In this document: piece after piece, positions 24,510-45,189 of the stretch
Layout of the letters: the number at the start of each line of letters is the position of its first letter
How positions within the stretch are numbered: the stretch's first letter is position 1
NCBI GenBank assembly: GCA_014905635.1
Contig: CM026547.1
Location: forward strand, 496,001 to 560,000
Source of the DNA: Scenedesmus sp. PABB004
Taxonomy: Eukaryota
Direction: 5' to 3'
Length of the DNA: 64,000 nt
Position numbers and translations under genes: made by a program
Notes under the pieces: model-generated
What the model saw: only the letters and a program-made list of their open reading frames with translations
What the model was told of the DNA's origin: nothing
Databases searched by the model: none

Positions 24510-24846
24510 GTCTGCCGCTGCGAGCGGTCCTGGGGGGCGGAAAGCACCAGGCGCGGCGTCTCGGGCGAGCGGGAGGTCCAGAAAGTCGGCGGCGCGGCGG
24601 CGCAGCGCGCCGCCGGGGCTCAGCCCGCCGCTGCTGCCGCGCCGCCGCACGCCAACGTATCGCCCTGCCGGCGCAGCGCGTAAGCAGAGCCGATAGATCC
24701 CTCCTCAACCGCGCCAGCAGCAAGGCCCGTGACGCCAGCGAGCGCGCGCGCGCGCGCGACAGCAGCAGCGGCGCCGCGCCACCCCGCCGCCGCTGCTTGC
24801 CTGCGGCCCCTGCGACTGCCTGCGGGCCCACCCGCGCCGCCGGCCC

Positions 24847-25571
24847 ATGGCGGCGCCGCCCGGGAGCTCCCTGGCGGCGCCGGCGCAGGCGGAGGCGGAG
24901 GGCGAGGCGGCGGCGCTCAAGGCGCTGCGCGCAGCGGAGCTCGCGAGCCTGCGCGAGTCGCTCGCGGGGCTCAAGTCGCGCTTCTACGACCGCCAGGAGG
25001 CGCGGCACAAGCTCAGCGAGCCGTGGCCGCTGCTGGACGCGGCGCTGGGCCCGCCCGAGCCGAGCGGCGGGCCGGCGGAGGCAGAGGCGCTGCGGGCGCT
25101 CGGCGCGCTCGCGGCGGCAGAGCTGCTCGACCCGGCGGTCAGCCTGCCGATGGCGGTGGACGCGCTGCACAAGCGGGTGCGCTTGCGCGCTCGCGCGCGC
25201 GGCGCCGCGCGCCTGCGCCGCCCGCGCGCGGGCCCACGCCGCGCCGCGCCGCGCCGCGCCGCGCCGCGCCGCAGCTGCTCGCGGGCGGCGCCGCGCCGGC
25301 GTACCGGCGCGCGCTGTCGGCGCTGCGCCACCCCGACCTGGGCCGGCTGGTGCGGGCGCTCGCGCTCGACCGGCGGCTGCTCACGGCGCGGGCGCTGGAC
25401 CTCAACGGCAGCGGCGGGCTGGTCATCACTCAGTTGCAGCGCGCCGCACTCGCCGAGTATGCCGGCGTGCCAGACCCGCTCGCCGACGCGCCGGCGGCGG
25501 CCGCGGCGGCGAGCCGCCGGCGGCCAAGTGCGCGCGCACGGGCGGCGGCGGGAGCGGCAGCGGCGGCGGCG

Positions 25572-25603
<32 letters not shown>

Positions 25604-28109
25604 GAGCTCGGCCAGCTGCTGACGCAGAGGTCTGTCAGGGAGAGGTGCGCTGCCGCGGGTGGCCGGCACCCCCAGCGAGGAGAGGGGGCGCACGAGGCGC
25701 GCCGCGCGCGCGCGCCTGCGCCGCTGCGCCGGGCGACACCGCCGCGCGCCGCACCGCCACGTCCCCGCGCCGCGGCAGGGACCGGCAGGAGAAGGGTGAG
25801 GAGCTGCTGGCGCTGCTTGAGCGCAAGACGGCGCGGCAGCAGGAGGCGCTGCAGTGCTTCCAGACCGGTGCGCGCCGGCGCCGCGCCGGCCCGCCCGCCG
25901 GCGGCATGCCGGCCGCCGCTGAGCGCGCCCGCCCCCGCGCCGCGCCGCGCACCGTCCGTGCGCGCAGGCGGCACCGCCGTGCGCGAGCACTGCCCCCACC
26001 TCACCAAGGAGGACTGCCGGAGGGCGCGGCGGCGCGAGCACGCCTGCCACCGCCTGCACCAGCGGTGCGCCGGCGCCGCCAGCCTGTGCTCCGCACCGCG
26101 CGGCGGCCCACGTGCGCCCCTCCCTGCGCCGGCACCCACGCGCGCTCCCTGTGCCCCCCCCCCATCCCATCCCGCGCAGCAAGATTGTGTTCGACTGGAC
26201 CGACCCAAAGCTCGGCAACTGCACCTGGACGCGCGCCGACGCGTGCAGGCGCGCCGCCGCTGCCTCCGCCGCGCCGCCGCCCGCCCGCCCCGACCCGAAG
26301 CGGGGCCGGCCCGGCGGCCCGCGTGCCACGCCCCCGCGCTGCCACACTCCCCAAACTGCTGCCCCGCGCCGCAGGGACATCCGGCGCTGCCGGTACGTGC
26401 ACTACGAGCTGGACACCTCCCTGGACCTGCCCGACGACGACGCCGCGCCGCCCGGCGCGGGCGGCGCGCCGCTCGGCGCCGGCGGGCTGGCCGTCCCGCA
26501 GTACCTGCAGGCGCGCCCCCGCGCCGCGCCCGCCCCCGCGCGCGCCCGAGCGCGTGGCGCGGCACGGCGCCGCCCGCCGACGCGCGCCCGCCGACGCGCG
26601 CCCGCCGGCGCGCCCGCCGACGCGCGCCCGCCGCGCCGCCACGCAGGCGCTGCCGGAACCGCAGTGGATCAACTGCGACATTCGAAACTTTGAGTTTCCC
26701 CTGCTCGGCAAGTTTGGCGTCATCATGACCGACCCGCCGTGGGAGATCCACCAGGCGCGCACGCGCCCGGGCGAGGCCGAGGGCGCCGCCAAGCGCCGTC
26801 GAACGCAGCCGCCCGCCGCGCCGCCGCCGCCCCGCCCACTCGCCGCACGCCCCTCTCTCCACCGCCGCGCCGCCTCTCCCCACGGCCGCCCACGCGCATC
26901 GCCTCTCCCTCGCTCCTCGCCCCCAAACCCTGAACCCTGAACCCTGAACCCTGACCCCCTCCCACACACACACACGCACGCGCACAGGACGTGCCGTACG
27001 GCACCATGAGCGACCAGGAGCTGCTCAACATGGGCATCGCGGAGCTGCAGGACGACGGCGTCATCTTCATGTGGGTCACAGGTGAGCCGGGCGGCCAAAG
27101 GGGGTCGTGGTGGTTCATGGTTTAGTGGCGGCGGCGGCGGCGTGCGGCGCGGCCGCGGCCGCACGCGCGGTACTGCCGCGGCGGCGGCCGACCCCGGGAC
27201 CCGAGCCCCACCCCGCAGGGCGCGCGCTGGAGCTCGGGCGCGAGCTGCTGGCGCAGTGGGGCTACCGGCGCGTGGACGAGCTCATCTGGGTCAAGACCAA
27301 CGCGCTGCAGAGCCTCCAGCGCAGCGGCCGCACCGGGCACTGGCTCAACCACACCAAGGAGCACTGCCTCGTCGGCTACAAGGGCGCCCCCAACATCAAC
27401 CGGTGCGGGCCACAACCCGAAAGCGACGAGGGCGCCGCTCTCACGCCACAACGCCGGCCGCTTGGAGCGCCTCCGCCGGGCGGGCAGCCGGGCCCGGCGC
27501 GCCCTACAGCGCGCCCACACGACACCGCACCGCGCCGTCGCGGCCGCAGGTTTGTTGACTGCGACGTGCTGGTCAGCGAGGTGCGCGAGACGAGCCGCAA
27601 GCCGGACGAGATGTACCCCCTGCTCGAGCGCCTCTCCCCGGGTGAGCCGCGGCCGTGATCGGGATGCGCTGCGTGGTCGCGTGGGCCGCGCGGCGCCCAG
27701 GCAGCGAAGCGAGTCCGCGGAGGGAGCGCGCGCGCGCCTACCCGCGCCGCCGCCCGCGCCGCCCGCGCCGCCGCCGCGCCAGGCACGCGCAAGCTCGAGA
27801 TTTTCGCGCGCAAGCACAACGTGCGCCCCGGGTGGGTGAGCCTGGGCAACCAGCTGGACGGCACGTACCTCACCGACCCGGAGTTGCTGGCGCGCTACAC
27901 CGCGCGGTGAGCTCGAGGGGCGACGCGCGGGCGGCGCGCTGCGGGCGCAAGGGGTGGCCGGCCCGGCCCAGCGCGCGCCCGCGCCGACGCCGGCGCCCGC
28001 CGCGGACCGCGCGGCGCGCAGGTACGGGCAGCCCGTGCCGCCCAAGGAGCCGCCGCCGCGCGCCACCAACGCCAGCGCCTGGCTGCCCAAGTATGGCGGC
28101 GACTGGTGA
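24847..28109 (+). CDS. METTL3: mRNA N6-adenosine methyltransferase catalytic subunit (MT-A70 family)
   Basis: Two CCCH-type fingers, then PQWINCDIR, LGKFGVIMTDPPWEIH, PYGTMSD, ELIWVKTN, GRTGHWLNHTKEHCLVG, VRETSRKPDEMY, RKLEIFAR, GWVSLGNQL. About 12 exons; frameshift near 25500. Confidence 0.96.
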
Positions 28110-28621
28110 CGGGCGCTGCTGAGGGCGGCGGTGCGGAGCAGAGCGGCGGCGGGGCGCGGGATCGGCGCGCGCTGACGCGCGCGAGGTGCAACGCCGGCGC
28201 TGCGGCAGCTGCCCGCGTGTGGGCCCCGCGTGCTCCGCGCGACCTCGTTGACCTGCTCAGCGCCGTGCGAGCTCGTCAGGCGCGCGCCAGCCCGGACAGG
28301 CAGCTCAGGCGCGCCGGCCAGGCCGCGCCGCGCGCCGCCGCGCCCGCCATGCCCCGCCCGCCCCGGCCCGGCCGTGCGGCTCGCCGCGAGGCGACGCAGC
28401 TGGAAGTGCCTTTTCGCAGCCTCACGCGCGCTCGCGCAGGCTGGCGGGGCCGCGCCAGGACGTTCGTCGCATCTGCCGGGACCCGGGCAGGCGCCGGCAG
28501 ATGGCGGCCTCGTTTCTCGCCGGCGCCCCGCCTGCGCGCACGCCCACACCCGAACTCCTCCACGCCCCCCGGTTCACCCCGCAAAACTCACCCCACGCCT
28601 CACGCGCGCCCCTCACGCAAG

Positions 28622-30644
28622 ATGAAGGCCGTGGCCGTGCTCGCGCTGCTGGCGCTGGGCGCGTTCTGTGAGTGCCGCTCGCGCGCCCAGCTTAAAGCGC
28701 GACGTTGCGGCGCCCGCTCGAGCTCGCGGCGCGCCCTGGCGGGCGCAGCAGATGCGGGCGGCCTGGCACGGCGCCCCGGGGCGCCGCGCCGCGTCACGTC
28801 GGCCGCGGTCGAGCTGCTCCCCCCTCACCCGAGCTCGTACGCTGCCGGCGCGCGCTCGCAGGCGTCCAGGCGCAGCTGCCGGACGGCCTGCAGCAGGTGC
28901 TCAGCGACATCGGTGGCAAGGCCGCTGAGTCGGTGAGCATTCGGCCGAGAGACGCCACGCAGCCGCGCCAGCTCACCGCGCCCGGCAGCGACGCCAGCGG
29001 AGGCCGCGCGCGCGGGGCCGAGTGGGGCTCGCGATGCCGCTCGGCGGGAGCCTTGCCGGACGCGCGGCGCGGTGCCGCAGCCTCCGCGCAGCCGACGAGC
29101 GTGTTTGACAGGGCTCAGAGCACTCTGTGTCGGCGCGGCGCGGCCCGAGGCGGCTCCGCCGCCGCACGCCGCCGACGCGCTCGCGGCCGCCGCTGCCGCC
29201 GCGCGCGCCTGGCAGGTGATCAAGAACAGTGGCGACCAGGGCGCCGCCAACCTGGCCGCCAAGAATGCCGCCGAGGCCGCGCGCAACGCCGCCACCAAGA
29301 CGCTGAGCGACGGCGGGTCCACCCAGGCCGCCATCGACGCCGCCAAGCGCGCCGGCAACGACGCCGCCGCGTCGGTGCGCGCGCGCGCGCGTCCGCATCC
29401 GCGCACGGCCGGCCGTGCTGCGCCGCCCCCGCGGCTCACTGCCCCCCTCACCCGCCGCCCGCCGACCCCTCCCGCGCCCGCCAGGCCGCCGCGAGCGTGC
29501 CCCAGCTCGCCAAGCAGTCCAACCCGTCCGGCGTGACCGGCATCGCGCCCCAGGTCCAGGACGCCGTCAGCCAGGCCGCGCAGAAGGCCAGCGAGGCCGT
29601 GGTGAAGCAGGGCGGCAACAAGGCCGAGGCCAACGCCGCCGCGCAGAAGGCCGCCGCCGCCGCCGTCGCCGCTGCCAACAAGCTGCAGCGCGAGAACCCC
29701 AACACCCCCGCCGCCACCCTCGCCCAGGTGCGCGCGGCCGCCGCGCGGCCGCGGCGCCGCCGCCCTTCCCCCCTGCCCCCTCCCTCCTCTTCCATCCGCG
29801 TCGCTCAGGCCGAACCCCCCCCCCCCCCCCCAACCCTAAACCCCAACGCGCACGCCGCCGCAGGTCGCGAGCGACGCGTCCACCCCCGTCGTGAACGCCT
29901 TCTCCAAGGACAAGGACGCCAAGGTGGCCGCTGCACTGCGCCGCACCGCCCCGCGCCGCCGGCCAGCCGCCCGCGCCCGGCCCGCGCTCCGTCGCGCTGC
30001 GCGCCGGCGCCGCCCGCTGACGCCCCTCCCGCCTGTGCCCCCGGTGCCCCCGCCCTCCCAGGTCGACGACCTCGTCGCCAAGGCCGGCGGCGCCCCCGCC
30101 AAGACCACCGAGGCCGGCCCCGCCCCCGCGGCCGTGCCCGCCGCCGCCGAGCCCGCGCCCGCTGCGGAGCCCGCCGCCGCCGAGCCCGCGGAGCCCGCCG
30201 CCGGCAGCATGGGCCCCGGCGCCGGCGCCGCCGCCGCCGCCGCGGCCGGCACTGCCGCGGCCGCGCCCGCGGAGCTGCCGCCCCTGGCCAACGTGACCGC
30301 CGAGACCACCGCCGAGAGCCTGCCCAAGCAGGCCGAGGCCCCCGGTGCGCGCTGCCGCCGCCCAGCCGCCAGCGCGACCCGCAGCGGCCAGCGCCGCCGC
30401 CGCCGCCGCGAGGCGCGCGCCGCTCCGCGCTCACCCTCGCCCCCGCCCCCGCACGGCCGCCGCGCCCGCAGCGGCCAAGGAGGAGAAGCCTGCCGCCGCC
30501 GCCGCCGCCGCGCCAGCGCCCGCGGCCGCGGCCGCGGCCGCGCCCGCGGTGCCCCCGACGCCCGCGCCGACCAGCGCCGCCGCGACCGCGGTCGCGAGCG
30601 TGGCCAGCCTGGCCGCCGCCGGCCTCGCCGCGCTCCTGCTGTGA
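28622..30644 (+). CDS. Secreted Ala/Pro-rich, probably GPI-anchored cell-surface protein
   Basis: Signal peptide MKAVAVLALLALGAF, Ala-rich helical region, AP/PA-rich stalk, hydrophobic C-terminus TSAAATAVASVASLAAAGLAALLL*. Codon-biased exons with GT-AG introns. Confidence 0.7.
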
Positions 30645-31398
30645 GCGGCCGCGACCGGCTGAGTGAGAGCGCGGCGCTGCGCTGCTGCCCCTCCTGGGCT
30701 GCACGCGCCCGCGCGCCGCCGGGCGCGCTGCGAAGCGCGCCGGCCCCGCGCGGCGGCCGCGGCGGCGGCGCCCGCCGCCGCACGCGCGCCTGCGCGCCCG
30801 GGCGCGGCGGGCTTTTTTGGGCTCTTGTGAATTAACGCGGCGGGATTTCACGGAGCCGTAAGCGGGAGCTGCCGGTGCGCGCCGTCGGCGCACCACGGCG
30901 CGCGCCGTCGGCCGCCGTGCGGGCGGCAACAACGAACGCGCTCCTGCACACCCTGCACCCACGCGCACAGCACCCCGGCTTGTTGTTGGTGTCCGGCCGG
31001 CCGCCGGAGGAGGCGGCGGCTTGCTCGGCGCCGCCGTCGAGGCGCTTTTTGCAACGCAGCACAGGCCGCACGGCGCCCCCCTCGAGCCGCGCCAGGGCAC
31101 AGGGGGCAGGGCTCGGCCCACAGGGCTCTGGCGCCGCCGTGCCGCGCCGCCCCCTGGGGCCAGCGCCCACCCCACCCCGCCACACTGCCTCGGGGCCCCA
31201 CCACGGCCAGCGCGCAGACGACCGCGGCGCAGCAGCAGCAGCAGCGACCGGCAGCCGCGGCGGCAGCGGCGCAGCGCCGACGCCCGGGGCCGCCCTCACT
31301 TCCGCGCGGGGCGGGATCGGAGACGCACACCGCGCGCGCAGGGCGGGCCGCGCCCCCGCTCGCCCGGGCCTGCCGGCCCCGGGCGCCCGCGCGCAGCC

Positions 31399-40902
<9,504 letters not shown>

Positions 40903-41551
40903 GCTGTCGGCTGGGCGGCGGGAGCGGCGGCGGCGCGCAGCGGCGGGCGGCGCAGCGGCGGCAGCGGCGGCGGCGGCGCAGCGGCGGCGGGGGTGGTCGC
41001 CGGCTGGGCGGTCTCTGGACGGTTCGGGGCGGCCGGGGGCGCGCGCGCTGGCGCAGGCGCGGCCGCGGCGCGCGGCGGCGGGAGTTCGCGGCGCGGCGCG
41101 CGCGCCGCCGGCAACTTTGTCTGGCGAGCCGCGATCCGGCCTGCGCCGCGCCCCTCAGCACGCTGCTGGTATCGGACGCGCGTGGCCGCGCCGGCGGCGC
41201 CGCTCTGCAGCAGCTTATCAAATCGGTGCCTTTGCCCGTCCCGCAGCCGCTGCCCTGGCGTCGCGCCGCCGCGCAGGCATCCCCATTGCATTCTACGTCC
41301 CTCAAACACCGTCCCCGGGTCCTCGCCCCTCACACGCGCGCGGTCGCACCCGCGCGCCTTGCTGCTGCAGCGCCGATACCGGCCGCGCGCCGCCCGCGCG
41401 CCGCCGCGCGCCCACCCGGAGCGTGCTTACCGTGATCAACTGCCTCCTCCAGCTGCGCGCGGTCACCCGGTACGGCGCCGTGCCGGGCGGGACGTTTGAC
41501 GGCGCCTCGATCGAGCGGGCGCCCCACGCGCTCCGGCGCAGGTCGCTCGCA

Positions 41552-43071
41552 ATGTCGCCCAAGATCGCGATGCTCCTGGCGGGGGCGCTGACGGCGGCGC
41601 TGCTGCTCGCGGCGGCGGCACCCGCAGCCGCCGCTGACGGGGCCGATGGCGCCGCGCCCGCGGCGGCGGCACCCGCGCACTGGCACAAGCGCCCCGGGTG
41701 GCACGACCGCCACCCCGTAGTCCCCTGCGTCGGCACCACCGAGCGCCCCGTGCGCGAGCTGGCGCTCCCGGACGGCTCCACCTACTGCCTCCACCTCCCG
41801 CGGCGCGCGCGCGCCGCAGCCGCAGCCGCCGCCGCCGGGCGTGGCCCCGCCCGGCCCTCCCTCCCTCCCCGCCCACCGTATCTGCCGACGCGTGCGGCCG
41901 CCCCCTCTCCGCCCAGGTTTCTGAAGAACCCGGAGCTCGACGTGCTGGGGAACAAGAAATTCGTCCGCACCTACAACGACACCTGCGGCCTCTACGGCAT
42001 CGTCTTCTCCTCCTTTGTCCTCGCCGGCGGCGGCCCGCCGCCGCACATCCACTTTGCGGGTGCGCGCGCCCCGGGGCCGCGGGCCTGCGCCAGCTGCTCC
42101 GCGCGCGCCCAGCGCCCCCCTCTCTGTCTCCCTCTCCCTCCCTCTCTCTCCGTCCCTTTCTCTCGCCCTCTCTCGTCCACCACCACCAACAGCCATCCTT
42201 CTATCCCCCTCCCCCCCCCTCCCCCAGACGAGGAGTACTTCATGCCCAGCGCCGCGGTGCCCGGCGCGGCGGCGCAGGTCGCGCGCGTCTTTGCGCAGGC
42301 CGCCGGCGCGCCGCTCAAGACCTACGTCGCCGGCCAGGCGCGCGCCCCACGCAGCGCTGCGCCGCGCCGCCGCCGGGCCAGCCGGCAGCAGACTGGACCC
42401 CGTGCAGCGCCGCGCCGCGCCGTGATTGTGAGCGACGCGCCCGCGCCGCCGCGTGCCGCCGCCAGGTGCCCGCGTTCAACATGCCGCCCGTGTCGCCGAT
42501 CGGCGCCGTCAACGTCCCAAGCGGCGCGGTCGCCTACTCCCCCAAGGGCGTGCCGCACACCTGGAAGGCGTGAGTGCGCGCGGGGCCGCCCGCGCCGCCG
42601 GCGGGATGGGGCAGCGCTCGCGGCAGACGTGACAGCGCTCCCTGCCGGCCGGCGCGCGTGCCGCTCCCTCGCCACGCCCCCTCGCCACGCACCATCCCCC
42701 CTCCCTTGTAGAGCCACCAACCTCACGGACTTCATGGCCATCTGGGTCAATGGATGGGCGATGATTCCCGGTGCGCCGCCGCCGCGAGGCTCGGCTGGGC
42801 CTGCCCCGCGCGCCGCCGGCTGCCTGGAGCTTTCCCCGCCAGCCAGGCCGCGCTGCCCCGCGCTGCTCATGCCACCGCCGCCGCCGCCCCCTGCCCTGCC
42901 GCCCGCCGGCCAGGCGTGAACATCCCGGAGGCAAACTCCAACGCCGAAGAGGTGCTGCTGCAGACCGGCCTCTGGGGCTTGCCCACCGACCTCACGGCGG
43001 CCATGTTTGGCGGTGCGCACGGGCCCCCGCGCCAGCGCCAGAGCGCCGCTGGCCGCCGGGCGACCGCCCCA

Positions 43072-43108
<37 letters not shown>

Positions 43109-43262
43109 CCTGCTCTGCACGCCACACTTTGCAGGCCCCAACTTTGTGACCACCTACCAGCCCGGCGTCGCCATCCCCGCCGTCACGCGCGCCGACATGG
43201 ACCGCCTGCAGCGTGTCCTCGACGCCGGCGAGGCATGCTACCCGCCCGGCGGGCGGCGCTAG
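41552..43262 (+). CDS. Secreted cupin-domain metalloprotein
   Basis: Signal peptide MSPKIAMLLAGALTAALLLAAAAPAAA; cupin motif 1 GPPPHIHFA|DEEYF and motif 2 YSPKGVPHTW; about 7 exons. Confidence 0.75.
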
Positions 43263-43496
43263 GCGCCCCAACACCACCAGACACCACCAGACGCGCGGCG
43301 CCGCCGGCCGCGCGGCGCCCGGGCGCAGCGCCGGCTGCTGCGCGGGCGCGGGCGGTCGGGCGGGCGCGAAGAAGTTGCTCGCACGTGTGTGGGTTCAGGC
43401 CTGCGTGAACCGTTGTCTATAGTGCTTTGAGGCAGCCCGGTGCAGGCCCAGCGCGCTGAAGCGAGCCAATTGCCAAGGAGCAGGGGGGCCAAGGCG

Positions 43497-43501
43497 TGTA
43501 A
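43497..43501 (+). promoter_or_regulatory. TGTAA poly(A) signal of the cupin gene
   Basis: TGTAA 235 nt after the stop codon. Confidence 0.55.
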
Positions 43502-43504
43502 TAG

Positions 43505-44070
43505 CGCGCCGCTCGGCGTTCAAGCGACCGCTCCGCCGCCGTTGCTGACGACGTCGCAGCCCAGTCGGCTGGGCCTGGAGGGATGGCGGCCCTGTTCCAG
43601 AGCGTCGGCCGCCGCGCCCGCGCCCGCGCACGCCGCCGGCACCGCGCGCGCGCAGCGCTGCCGCTGCCGCCGGTGCCACCGGCGTGGGGGCGCAGTACCG
43701 GCGGCCGCCCGGCCGGGACGTCCCGGTCGACGACGTTTGAGACCAAATGGCGGCACCCCGGGCGCCCGCGCGGCGCCTGAGCGGCGACTCGCGCTGGGGG
43801 CGCGGCGGGCCAGCACAGTCCCGGGTCCCTCTCGGGCCGCGCACGCCGCTGGCACCGCTCCGCCCGCCGCGCCGCGCGCGGCGAGTTGCGAACGCGACGG
43901 GGCGCGCGGAGCGCGTGCACGCTGCATCGCCGGGGGCCTGTGCTTAATTCCAGTTGAGTGTTGAAGCGCAAGACCCTCGAGAGCGTTGTGGTGTGCGGGC
44001 CCCCCGCGCCGCCCGCCCGCCCAGCGCTGTCACTGCTCGCCGCACCATCGATCGGCGACCGCGTCGGTCA
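43505..44070 (+). repeat. Left arm of a ~560-bp inverted repeat
   Basis: Colinear with the reverse complement of ~47905-48470; both share, for example, GTTGAGTGTTGAAGCGCAAGACCCTCGAGAGCGTTGTGG and ACGACGTTTGAGACCAAATGGCGGCACCCCGGGCGCCCGCG. Boundaries approximate. Confidence 0.9.
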
Positions 44071-45189
44071 GGTCAAGCGGCTGCGGTCGCAGCCGGCGTG
44101 CGGACGCGGCGGCGCACTGCGCGGGAGGGGGCCGCGTCAGCAAGGCACGTTACAGTCAGATGGTGGTCGGTCACGACGGTGTCAGCCGGAACGGTCACGG
44201 CGGCCGGGCGGCATCTGAGTCAAGTCAAGCGCGGCGCCCGCACGTCCGAGGGTCGAGTCGCGAGCGCGCAGGCAGGGCCGCCGCAGCGCGGAAAAGGCCG
44301 CGAGCCATGTACAGTCAAGCCAGTCGTGGTGGTTGTGCGCGGCGCGGCGGTGCATCATCACGCGGGGCGCCGCCGGTGCATGTGCAGCGGGCGCCCTGCC
44401 GGGGGCGCCGCCCGCGGTCAGCAGCAGGCCGGCCCCAAGTTTGGCCCCAGCGCTTGCTCGGCAGGACAGCGCGCGCCGGGATCATGCCCGAGGCGAAACA
44501 ACAAGAACAGAGCGGCAGCGACAGCGAGAGCAGCCGCGCGCGGCCAAGGCGCCGCGCGCGCCGCGGCCTGCGGTGGGTCCCTGCTGGGCCAAGGGGGGTT
44601 GAAAGAACTGCGGCGCTGCCTGGGGCGCGCACGCAACTCGGCCATCCCACGGCCGCAGACGCCGCCGCCAACAGCTGGATGAGCGAGAGAGAGCTGCAGC
44701 AGCGCGGCACCCGCCGCGGCGCGCGGGGCGCCAGGGTGGCGGGCTCGCCGACACCTGCACGCCCCTCCCCGAGCCACACCCCTCTCGTCGTCGCGTGCGC
44801 GTGCGCTTTCCTACTGGTGGTGACAACACCGGCGGGCCGGCCGCGCGCTGTGTCCGCAGCGACGCGGCGCGGCAGCGCCTTCCCGTCGCCCGCCCGCCCT
44901 GCCCACCCCTCCCATCCCCCTCCCCTGCCCGCCGCCGGACTGCCTACCCTCAGAGCCATGGGCGTGCACAGGCAATGCAGTCGCTGCCCCCCGCACCCCT
45001 GCGGCTGCACACTAGCGCGCATTGATATCGCGCGGCGCCGCCGATCAGGGCGCGCCCGCCAGGCCGCAGCCTGGCAACTGGATGCGCCTCACCGCCCGTG
45101 GCACGCCGCGGACCCATGCAGCCCACACGGGGATCACGCGCAGCATGCATCCGCTGCGTGTTCTCGCTGCTGGGGCGCCCCGGGCGCCC

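Noticed and set aside
30811..30860. Small hairpin GGCTC..GTGAA/TTCAC..GAGCC after the GPI gene
   Set aside because: Short and imperfect, with no recognisable boxes; not distinguishable from chance.
43747..44218. Short ORFs within the inverted-repeat arms
   Set aside because: Stops and indels differ between the two copies and there is no protein-like composition.
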